Below are positions 18,439 to 30,400 of a stretch of 64,000 nucleotides of DNA, piece by piece. A program made the position numbers and the translations under genes. The stretch's first letter is position 1, and each line of letters begins with the position of its first letter. This DNA comes from Candidatus Omnitrophota bacterium (GTDB lineage Bacteria > Omnitrophota > Omnitrophia > Omnitrophales > Aquincolibacteriaceae): the NCBI GenBank assembly GCA_043821445.1, contig JBDRCT010000031.1:35620-99619 (forward strand). Direction: 5' to 3'. A model generated the notes under the pieces. That model saw nothing but the letters and a program-made list of their open reading frames with translations, did not search any database and was not told where the DNA came from.

Positions 18439-21400
18439 ATGAAGCGTTCATTTTCATTTCCCCTCAGATGGGTTGCGTTTTGCATTGCGATGATCTTTGG
18501 CTGGAATCAGATCGTTTGGGCGGGGGAGATTCTTCCGCGGGATTACATCGTTCCTTCAGAACAGCCTGCCACTACGACGTCTGTTTCTGTCCCAGTCGTG
18601 TCGACAGGAGCGATGCCGGTTCAGATGCTGACGACAACGGATTTTTTAGCGAATAAGCGGGGGCCTTTATCTCCCGCAACTAAAGACACGTCTGAAATCA
18701 TTCCAAAGGCGGTCGCTTCTCCAAATACCGCTCGTTATGAATATGAGCGCTATGATTTTCAAGATACGCTTGATCTTTTGAGGCCTGAATTTGCAAGCGC
18801 TGTGATCGTGAAAGAGATCACGGCTGAGGATTTGAAGAAACTTTCCGAGCTGTCGTTTGAAACCGGCGTGATCGTATTGCATGGCGAAATCGTGCTCTTC
18901 ACCTCAGGGAGTGAAGATGAGATTGGCATGTTGTCCGCCGTTAAGATGCTCGCAGACCAAGCGACTTTTATTTCTCATACGCATCCAAGCATTTATTCTG
19001 CAGGAGGCCCGAGCGGTGGTGATATTAACGAAGCCGTTGCAGCACCGGGCGAGGAGTATGTGATCACGCATACCGGAGTTTATGCGTATAACAATGAAGG
19101 GATTTTGAATAATGGCGATTCCCATGGCTATGACTGGTATCTCGAAAAACTTAAGGAAGCCGTGGGGGCTTCAAAAGCGGAACAAGATCAAATTGAGGCG
19201 AGAAAGGATCTCAATGAATTTGTCACAGCTCAGGATGCGTATAACCGCGCCAAGGAAGATGAACGCGAGACCTTCCGGATGGGCGGCACGCTTTCTTATG
19301 CCTCAGGGCTGAAAACTTCGAACATTACGACTTTGTCCGGGAGCCCTTACCCCTACATAACAACCGGTTCAAGCGCTGGGACTGCACTTTCCTATGCCTC
19401 TTCTACCAGTCAATTTAATTTGAGTTATAACGTACCGGGCGCGAGCGACGTCTCGGGTTTTACAATCTCTTTTGATAATGCAAGCACTCCAACAATGGAG
19501 ACGCAGAACATCAGCATTCTTACCAATCTCGTGTTTGGGCTTAAGGGGCCGGCCACTTCGATCAAACTCGAAATCGTAGATATCAATAATGCAAAAGACA
19601 CATTCACGCTGACCGGCATCTCGAACAAAACAGAACGGTTCTGGCGAGTACCTGTCTCGGCGATCCTCAACACGATCGACAAAACCCGGATCACGCAACT
19701 GAATTTTATCATGACGCAGGCTAACACAACCTCGTCCAGAAGGACCGGCGTAATTTCAATCCGCTCCAAGGGCTTGAAAACGACTGCACCTTCTCAACCG
19801 GCTGTTACCTCAACGGTACCTGCTGCGACGAATCAAACAACCCTTCTGCTGTCGGGAACCAAAGAGGCGAACTCGGCCATTTTCATCAATGGCACACAAG
19901 TAGTAGCTCGTGACACTTCCACGACTTGGACATCTACCGTGAATCTTACAACCGAAGGAAATAATACCTTCAATATAACAGCCAAGAACTCCATCGGACT
20001 GGTAAGCACCGCGAAAACTGTAACAATTCAGCGGGATACGGTTGTCCCGACTGGTTCGATCAATATCAATTCGGGAGCCGCCTACACAGCCTCAGTCGCA
20101 GTGACTTTAGATCTTTCGTCAACTGATTCCGGAAGCGGAATCAGTACGATGAGTTTTTCGATGGATAATGTGACCTGGACCACGCCCGAAACTTATGCGG
20201 ATTCCAAGGCTTTTACGCTTCCAATCGGCGACGGTGATAAAACTGTTTATGTGAAGTACTACGATAAGGCTGGGAACGTCAGCGCCGTTTTTTCAAAGCA
20301 TATTCAATTGAGAGCAACCGGTCCGGTGGTTGTGATTGCGACTGGAACTCCGAGTCTGATCAAGGTAAAGACGCTCACGATCAATTACACGGTGGATGGC
20401 GTTGTGAAAGAAAAGACATTCACGGATCTTGCGGAAGGTGAAAACATGTTAACGATTACGGAACAGGATGAAGCTGGTAATGAAACATCCGTTAACTGGG
20501 CCGTGACTCTAGACACAATTCCCCCTGCGGTGGTGGTGACGAACGCTGTTCCGAGTCTGACGAATCAGGCCGCGCTCGTGGTGGATTACACAGCGGATGG
20601 CGTAGTGAAGCAGAAGACCTTCACACTTGCGGAAGGTGACAATGCAGGACTGACGATCAGGGAAGAAGATGCTGCGGGGAATGTTCGGATGATTACTTTA
20701 TCGAACATCGTGCTGGATACGGTGGCTCCGGTGATCGTGGTGACGAGCGCTGTTCCGAGTCTGACGAATCAGGCCGCGCTCGTGGTGGATTACACGGTGG
20801 ATGGCGTAGTGAAGCAGAAGACCTTCACGCTTGCGGAAGGTGACAATGCCGGCCTGACGATTACAGAAGAAGATACTGCGGGAAATGCTCAAACGATCAC
20901 GTTAGCGAATGTGGTGCTAGATACGGTGGCTCCGGTGATCGTGGTGACGAGCGCTGTTCCGAGCCTGACGAATCAGGCCGCGCTCGTGGTGGATTACACG
21001 GTGGATGGCGTAGTGAAGCAGAAGACCTTCATGCTTGCGGAAGGCGATAACACCGGCCTGACGATCACGGAAGAAGATGCCGCGACAAATTCAAGGACGG
21101 TCACCCTATCCAAGGTAATGCTGGATACAGTCCCCCCCGCGATCATGATCGATCCCGCAACGCCACATCTGATAAGTGTGAATACGTTCACTGTCAGCTA
21201 CACCGTAGATGGTGTGTCAAAACTAAAGACCTTTGCCAGTTTGGTAGAAGGTGAGAATGCGCTCACCGTCACAGAAACCGATCTTGCGGGGAACAGAACG
21301 ACCTTGACCCATAGTGTGACTTATACACCTCTCACGGCCATTGCCTTTCCTGTTCTTGAACTCCGTTCTCCGCAAATCGTTACAACACCCAATTATGAAT

Positions 21401-24400
21401 TAATTTATGCCGTGGACGGAACGGAAAAAAGAGAGACCTACGCTTTACAGGAGGGCGTAAATCTTCTTACGATCGAAGAGTCCAGCGCTGCCGGTAAAGT
21501 AATCGCACATTATCTGGTGGTGCTCAATGTAATTGCCGATCCTGTCTTTCCGGCGAATGAGACCGAACTCATTTTCAACCTGAACGGAACCGACGCCGCG
21601 CTTGTCGATCCAAACTTCGATGCTTCAGGATTGATCCAGGCGGGATGGATCAAATCCAAGGATAGGACTGCTTATCGGCTTTCCGGGGGACTGCTTGCGG
21701 AAGAATTCCGGTCCGATGGTACGCATATTTATTATGATTTCTTAGGACGCATTCATTCAAAAATAGACAAAAACAAAAAGATTACCAGCTATCAGTATAA
21801 GATCAATGCTACAGGCAACTTGTTAAGCGCTCATATTGAAGAAGGAAATAATCGGGTTGATCTGGATAGTAACGGTTTAATCCTCTTCTGGAAAAAAGGG
21901 GACGGAACAGAATTTTTCTTCGATTCCGGTCATTTGACCAAAATCAAAAAGGACGTGGTCGAATACCTCTATCAGCTCCGGCAAGTGGGCAGCGAATGGA
22001 TCTCGGAATCGATCGATCCTCTGCCTTTGGACTCTCCTTATCCTGCGTCGCTTCATTACACATCCGATTCGGTACTTTCCCGAACGGTGATGCCGGACGG
22101 GACCATTTATCAATATGATCTTTCGGGCGCGGTGACGCGCGTGGTGGATCCTGCCGGCAAAGAAACTCTTTATGATCCTGAGAAGGATCTGTTTGGCGCG
22201 TTCCATAGCTTTTCAGTGACCCGTGATGGTATTACAAGAATTTACGGCGAGCAAGGCAAGCTGACTCAATTGAAGGATGCGGACGGGACTGTTTTTACGA
22301 TCGATCAAGATAAGGTCGTAATGATCCAAAAACAGGAGGGCGCCTTATACCGGGACTTGGTTTATGACACGACTGGAACTCTTCAAAATGCCTTGGTGAA
22401 ACTGCCGGACGGAAGAGAACTTCTCATCGTCGGTCAGCAACTCACACAGATCAGGACGGTCGACGGAACGATCCTTGAAATCCAAAATGATAAACCGGCC
22501 AGGTCTTTGACCACAAACGGTCGCGTCTATCAGTACCGTGAGTCGACGGATGCAAACGGCAATCCCATTTTTATCGGTGACTTAACGGAATTTATCAACG
22601 ACAAAGGAAACCACATCTTTGTCGCAAACGGCCGGGTGAGCGGCATGGAAGAAACCCGTGGCAGTGTGTTGATCAAGACAGGATTTGCATACGATAACGC
22701 GGGAAGGATCGTCGAGGCCACGATCGATCAAGACGGTGTCCGGACCGCACGGTTCGTCTATGACTACCAAACTAGCGGAACCATTGTCACGAACAATGTG
22801 GGATCGATTCGTTATTACGACTCGTCCGGGACGCTCATGAAACTGATCACGCTCCGTGGGGAGGAGTACACGTTCAGCCAGATCACAGATCCAAGCGGAG
22901 CCGCCGGGTTCCTTCAAACCTTGATAAAAGTAGTCAACCAACTCGAAGGGACGATCGATTATGAGAACGGAAAACCGGTCCGGATCGTACGGCCGGACTC
23001 GATTGAAATGAAGGATATCGTTCTGAATCCCGACGATTCGCTTCTCAGCGCCGTTTTAATCTATCCCAGCGGGGCGGAAGGTCTTATCGAAGCGGGTGAA
23101 TTGAAACAGATCATCGAAACGGACGGCACGAAGAAAGAATATACGGCCGGTCTTCTTCGGAAGATCACTCGCCCCACTTTTGAAGCAACGAACTTCAGTT
23201 ATGCTTTTGATGTTTCGGGCAATCTCACTTCCGTCATCGTTCAGGACGGTTTAGGCTCCAGGACTTATACGACAGCAGGGATTCTGAGTTCTGCGGTCAA
23301 TCCGAGCGACGATATTTTTACCTATGATGCTTTGGGAAATTTGATCAAGGTCAAAACGAGCGCCAATGAAGAATTCAATTATTCAGGCCAGAATTTATCT
23401 TCCATCAAGTTTTCCACGGGGGAAATGCTGACCGGCATTGTTTTGAATGCGAACGGCAACCTTTCGGGAGGCACGTACGATCCCAAAGACGGTTCAATCT
23501 GGACGATCGCGGGCGGCGCGATAAGTCAGATCCGGGACGCAAGCGGGAATAATCTTTATTATTCAGGAGGGCGTGTCACTCAGATTGTTAAAATGAATGG
23601 CGACCGGATTACCTACAATACCTCCGGCCAGATCACTCAGATCACCTGGGCGGACGGTTCCTGCGCCCGTCAAATTACCACCAATTCTCAGGATGCATTG
23701 GTCAACGCGATCATTTATTCGCCCTCATTTGATAGCGCGGTGTTAAGCACTACGCTTTCCGGGATCGGGTCCATGGAAAGACCGCTGGTGAACGGAGTCC
23801 TTCAAACCCCCGGGTCGCAGGTCAGGACCGCGGGTAAGTTTTTTGACTTCAACGGGCTCTACTGGCGTGAAGTTAATTCGACCGCGTTACACGGAACGAC
23901 TCAGAATTACATCCGGGTCAAAATGACGGGTTCGAATTTCACGGTGAGTTTCTACGCCACGAATTACACGAACTCTCTTTTTAGTCAGCAAACCTATCAG
24001 TCCGCGGCAGGGTCTCCGTATGTCTACATCCCGCTTCCCGATCTTTCCGTAAAATATCTTTACGCGATCGAGATTTCCCCCAAAGGGAATGCCACGGTAG
24101 ATATCACGGACACTCCACTCGTTTTTTCGAGCGGGGACTATCAGCCCGTTGCATGGGTGAATACGGCCACCGCCTTTATAAATCAAAAAATAGTGCCGGG
24201 TTTTCCGGAAAGGATCACTGCGGCATTGTCCCAGAAAACGGCCTTGGAAAGCGCCTCTCAAGATTTTTCCGCTGCCGAAACCTTTAGTACGGTCAAAGTC
24301 AGCGATAGCCAATTCCAAATAGAAAGTCTCAAGAACGCGGTACTGCAAGCGCGACTGTCGCCGGATGCTGTTATCTCGGCCACTTATAACAGAGACACGA

Positions 24401-27400
24401 ACCTTCTTTTTACGGCCCACAGTGATCCTGCTTTTGATCCTGCGGCGGACGCAAACGGAGAATGGAAAAACTCGGTGTCCGGCTGGGAAGAGGATGGATT
24501 TGATTTTGCACCCGTCGTCACCGCGCCTTCCGGGGATGTGCCGCTTAAGATCGAATATGCCTCGAATGGCGGAAGCCAGACGGTGTCTTTTCAAAACGCA
24601 TCTCGGGCCATCTATCAAAACGATCGCATCGAGACCCTTATTACCCCGGAAGGGAAGACGGTTCATTACTCCTATGCCGCTGGGTCCAGTGATGTCGACC
24701 GGGTGATCTTCGACCCCGATCAAATCGACCCAGAAACGACCGAAGTGAAATACGAGTATGGAAAAATACGAGAGATTAGAAAAGCAGGGGCACTTGTCTA
24801 TCTTTACTCCTATGAATTTGACGATTTAGGGGACGAGATCACCGTGATCGAAGATACTGTAGAAAATCAGATCCGCCGGTTTTTGAAAGGAAAACTTATC
24901 TCGATAAGCAATTTAAATAGCGGCTTTAAGACGGTTTATGATTACGACGGCTCAGGCCGGATCGCGAAAGCAGTCACCTCCCGTTCGGGCCGCATCTTCG
25001 GCGCATTCGCTTATGCTTACTCCGGCGACGATACCCTGATCACCGAGGAAGCGACGGGTATTTCAAGGCGTTACGGCGCGGACGGGTTCCTGAAAGAATT
25101 GATCACGGCCAAAGATGAATTTTATAAATATTCCGTTCTTTCGGACGGACAAGCCGAGGACCTTCTGCTTCAGGAGCTCGTGAAGATCGTTACTTCCCGC
25201 GGCACGATCGAGTACAGCAGAGAAAAACCTGTTGAGATCACCGCCGCGGACGGTACCGTGATCAAAAACCTCATCGTCGAATCTTTCGTGGATGAAAATC
25301 ACATGACCCGCATGGTGATCCAACGAGCCGAAGTGCATTTGCCCGCTCCGGACGGAAGGATCGCCTTGATCGAAAAAGGGAAGGTGTTTTATATAAGCTC
25401 TCCGGGCGGAGAGATCCAGGAATTTGAGAATGGATTTTTGGAAAGACTGGTTAATGCCCAGGGTGAGATCACGGACCTCATTTACACGCGGAACGCCTCC
25501 GGGGAGATCGAATCGATCGGTGTAGAGGACAAGAACGGACTGAGGATTTATGACAGGAATGGACAATTGATTCGCGCGGTTCTGCCGGATACCACGCAGA
25601 TCGATTATGACGCGAGCGGCCAGTTGCTCCGGCTCCAGACTCCGGGCGGAGAAATATGGGGATATTCAGCGGGCAGTCTAAGTTCGATGACCTTGGCGGG
25701 GGGTGGCGGAAAAATCGAGCAGATTGTCTTAGATGCGTCAGGAAACGTGCAGTCCTGTGTTTACACTAAAGACGGCATCGTCACCACCATTCAAAACGGC
25801 GCCGTTGCCAGCAAAAAAACGTTGGATGGCACTCTTTTCATCTATGGCTCTTCCGGGAAAGTAGTTGAGATCCTGAAACCGGCGGGCGCGGGTTATGACC
25901 GGCTGATCTATGATGCGAACGGAGTCTTGACTTCCGTTGAACGCGCGGACGGTTCCCGTGCGCGTCAGATCACGGCCGATGCACAGGACACCTTGATCAA
26001 CGCGATCATTTACTCGCCCTTATTTGACGGTGCCGTGTTAAACGCAACGCTTCCCGGAATCGGGTCCAAGGAAAGACCTCTGGTGAACGGGGTCCTTCAA
26101 ACTCCCGGGTCGCAGGTCGGGACCGCCAACGAATTTTTTGACTTCAACGGGCTTTACTGGCGCAGTGTTAATTCAACCTCGTTGCACGGCGCGAATCAAA
26201 ATTATCTCCGGATCAAGATGATGGGTTCGAATTTTACGGTGAGTTTCTACTCCACCAATTACACGAACTCCCTCTTCAGTCAGCAAACTTATCAGTTTGT
26301 GGTCGAATCTCCGTATGTCTACATCCCGCTTTCCGATCTTTCCGTAAAATATCTTTATGCGATCGAGATTTCCCCCAAAGGGAATGTCGCGATGGATATC
26401 ACGGATACTCCGCTTGTTTTTTCGAGTGGGGATATGCCCGCTATGGATTGGACGGGGATCGCGAGCGGTTTTACGGATCAAAAAGACAGACCCGCAGTGC
26501 CGTCGATCATTAACGAGACTCTTTTTAAAAAAGCAGCTTTTGAGACCCAGGCCGCGGATCAATTCTTACTTCGGTCGCCGGACCAGCTTGATGAAGGCCA
26601 AGCTCAGACGTTCTACGATTCTGCTCTCGGCATCGTGAAGGGCGCGTTGCTTGAACCCGAAACGATCATTGCGGCGGCTTACCGGGCCTCTGACAGCACA
26701 CTCTTGATGGCTGCCCGTGCCAATAACACCGTGGCGCACTACGTCAACGGGCAGATCGACTATGTCACGGATCTGGACGGGAATTTGCTTATCGACCACG
26801 AGTATGACGCCGCTGGGGACCTGGTCGCGGTTCATCTCATGGATGCGAAGAAAAAATTAGAGGAGCAGATCATCGCTGCTCAGACGGAGGTCTCACGTCA
26901 GGAAACTGAGGCGCTGATGGCGCTTGCCGTTGAGCGCGGGCACGCGATCGAGGCGATCCAAAACAAATTGAATGAGGGCCTGGCTGCGATCAATGCCGAG
27001 CGGGAAAGGATCCGGCAGCTCAGTTCTCAGCGGGTCTGCCGCACAGTCCTGTTCTTTAAATCTTGCGAGAACGTTCAAGTCGATGTGAGCGCACCCCTTT
27101 CGGAACTCGATCAGATGGAGAAGGACCTTCGCGAAGAAACGGCCGTGGCGCTTGCCGGACTTGATGCCGTTGTGGCCCAGAAGAAAACAGAGATAGAAAC
27201 GGATGCCAAGGCGGCGTTTGTCGAATTAGAGAAGCAGCAGCTCACCACCTACCGCGAGATCCTGAAACAGGAATTAAGACCCGTTCTTTTCCATCACTAC
27301 CGGAAGATTCTCGGAAGAGATCCGTCCGAAGGCGAGATCGATACGTGGCTTAAGCGCGAGATCGGAGACGACCATGTGAGCCTCCTCTCATTTAAAGAGG

Positions 27401-30400
27401 CGGTCTCAGCCCGCGGGCTGAATTTTGCGGGGGCTTGGGTGGATCTTGACCAGTTGAAAGTCTTGTCAGGCTTGTCTCAAACCGGTGTTTTAGCCTCTCT
27501 CAAGGATGTCGGTTTTGTGATGGTGACGGACGTGAGCGGCGGGAATGTGACTTTTGTCCAACGGAGTCTCGGCAACCGGACCCAGGAACTGAAGATCGAG
27601 CTCGTGCCGTGGCTCGATGCGAACGGGGTGCCGATCCTGGATACCGGAGGGAATATCATTTGCGTCGAAAAATATGTCTTCGTTTCCAAGAATGACGGCT
27701 TCGGCGGCGAAGAAGTGACGGTGAGCGAGGACGAGTTCTTAAGCCGTTGGCTTAAAGAGAACAGCCTTAAGGGAGCGGTGTTCACCGATCAGCCGCTTGG
27801 GACGGGTTCCGTTCTTATGACGGACGAGGAGGCAAAGGCCATCTCCGGATTATCTTCCTGGGATATCCTTGTGGAATATTTCAAATCGGCGTTCGGGATC
27901 GATCCGGAGCGGGCCAACGTTCCGAAACTTATCAGAGAATTGAGCAGTAGTGAAGAATACAGTGTTCGTTTGGCGCAAGTGAACGCGATCAAAGCAGCGG
28001 TCCGGGATTTTCTGGACTTGTATCTCGCGTCGGACGAAGCGGGACGTTCCGCCAAGATCCAGTCTTTGGGCCTGGTCCCGGAAGAGGTCATTTCTATTAC
28101 ATCCCCGGAAATAGAAACGATCCTGGCCTGGCTCGATTCCCGCGACCTCCACTTCGGTCATTCCGCCTTTTTTGCGATCCAGCATTTGATCGAAGAAAAC
28201 AATGTTCAGGCGTCGCTTTTTGATATCGCCCGCGAAGCAATTCTAATCGATATCATGACGGGCGTGATCCATCCGCTCACGACCGGGGACCTGGAACTTT
28301 CCCTTTTTGCTCTCAACCGGGTTGCCAAAAACCGCGGCGTGCTCTTGACTCCCGCCAAAGTCACTTTCGAGGAACTCAAGCGCGAAGTCGTTCAAGGCAA
28401 GGGCGTTCTGGTTCATATGAACGGCAACCATTACGTCGTGGTGACCCAAATAGCACTCGCGGCCCGGACGGACGAAAATGGCGACCCTGTGCTGGATGAG
28501 CAAGGCGCTCCTGTCATGATCGAGGTCGTGACCTATATCGAAAAGAATGTGGGGCCGTCGGGCGAGGCGCAAACGCTCGCGCGGTCAGAATTTGAAAAGA
28601 TATGGATGGTGACCGCGGAGGGCGAGGGGATCGTGCTGACGCCGGCGGAAGTTTCGAACAACGCCACAATCATGACGGACCGGGAGACCCAGCAGATCAC
28701 GGGCGCGTTCTTCGGTTTTATCTTCGGGATCCTGAAGAAGATCTTTGATACCGTGATCCAGGTGGTGAAAGCTGTTTTTGAGGCTGTAAAGACGGTTTTG
28801 CGTTATGTCGTCGATCTTGTGGTCGATGTGGTCCGGGCTCTCACGGATTTCGTGTTGGAGCTCGGTAAAAGTCTCGTCTCGCTCGGGCAGTTCTTCTTTG
28901 AGGCCGTTCGTTTTGTCGGGGCCATTTTGAGCGGAGATCTGAACGGAGGGTTCCAGTCGCTCCAGCGGGCGCTCGGTCATTTCGGGAATTTCCTGTTCTT
29001 CGCCGCGGCGGTGGGTGGGTTCCTTGTGCCGGGGCTGGCCCCGCTTCAAGTGATCGGCTTCCAGGTCTTGAGCGTTGCCCTGAGCAAAGGGACCGGCGTC
29101 GTTCTGGATAAGATCGGGATCAAAAGCCCGGTAATCAAAAACCTGATCGGTAGTTTTATTACGGGCGGGGTCTTTGGCTTTGCCGGCGGTCAGATCGGAT
29201 CGGGGACCACGTTTTTAAACTCCGCATTGGCCAATCTTGCCATGTCGGGCGTCAATGAGCTTGCCCTGCATATCGGCCTTTCTCCTCCGATCGCGGCGAA
29301 CCTGGGTATTCTTGCGAGTATTATCACCGGCTCCGTGGAAGGCGGCGCAAGCCTCCCGGAAGCTTTCAAGACCGTCGCCCCGGACCTGATAAAAGAACTG
29401 ACCCTTTCCGGTGTATGGGCCCTCGGAACCTCCCTTGGCATCGACCCTCGTCTGACCTCGCTCATATCCCTGCCACTTGGAGCCGGTATCGGCGTTGGTT
29501 TTGACAGTTTACTTCACGCAAGCACGATCAATTTCGCCAGTCTTACGGCCGCTATCAAAAACGGTCTCGCCGCCGGTGCAAAATCGATCGGTTTCGATTT
29601 CGGGGGCGCGACAAGTCATCCGATTTTCGGTTCGCTTCTGAGTGGAAATATTTTAAGTTCTATCGGAAGCGCCATGGGGGACGGCAGCCTCTTCAGCGGC
29701 ATTCTGGATATTCTCAAAACGGCGGTCCTTATCCCGTTCAACGCCGCGAATGACATGGTCCAAATGACGCTTCAGGGGGTACGCAATTTTGATTCCTTGA
29801 TCCAGGAAAAAGGTCTTGCCGGAGCGCTGGAATCCCTGCTTACGTCCATATTCAGCCGCCAGACAATAGAAAAATTGTTAGGTTCCGGAGGCATTGGAGG
29901 ATTCGTCGGTTCTGTGGCAAAGATCCCCGCCACGCTCAACGGCCAAAGCGTTCTGGAACAGAAGTTCGACGGCACGACCTCTCTTTTTTATGACCTTGCG
30001 GGCAATTTTATCGGCAAAAAAGAGAATGGCGTCACGCAACTCGGCGCCTTTGGCTTCGATGTTGCCGGCAAATGGGCCCTTCTGGCCGGCCAGGTATTCG
30101 CGCCGCTTGCCGGTGGCTTGGCCTTTGCCGGAGAAGTGGCGGATGGTCAGCTCCGTAATGGAAAGGTCTATGATCCGAATGGCATTTTAGTCGGTACCCT
30201 GGATCCGGAAAAGGATGGCGAATTCATAGAAATCGACGGTCGCGATCCTCAAAATCCGGATTCCAATTCTTCCGGCAAATTCTGGTCCGGTATTTTTAAT
30301 CTTGCCACATTGGGACTGCAGTTCTTCTTCCAGGATGGAGTTTTGCGGAAGATCGAGTCCTCGGTTTCCAGCAACGCCGATGTGTCCAATTTGTTTAAAA

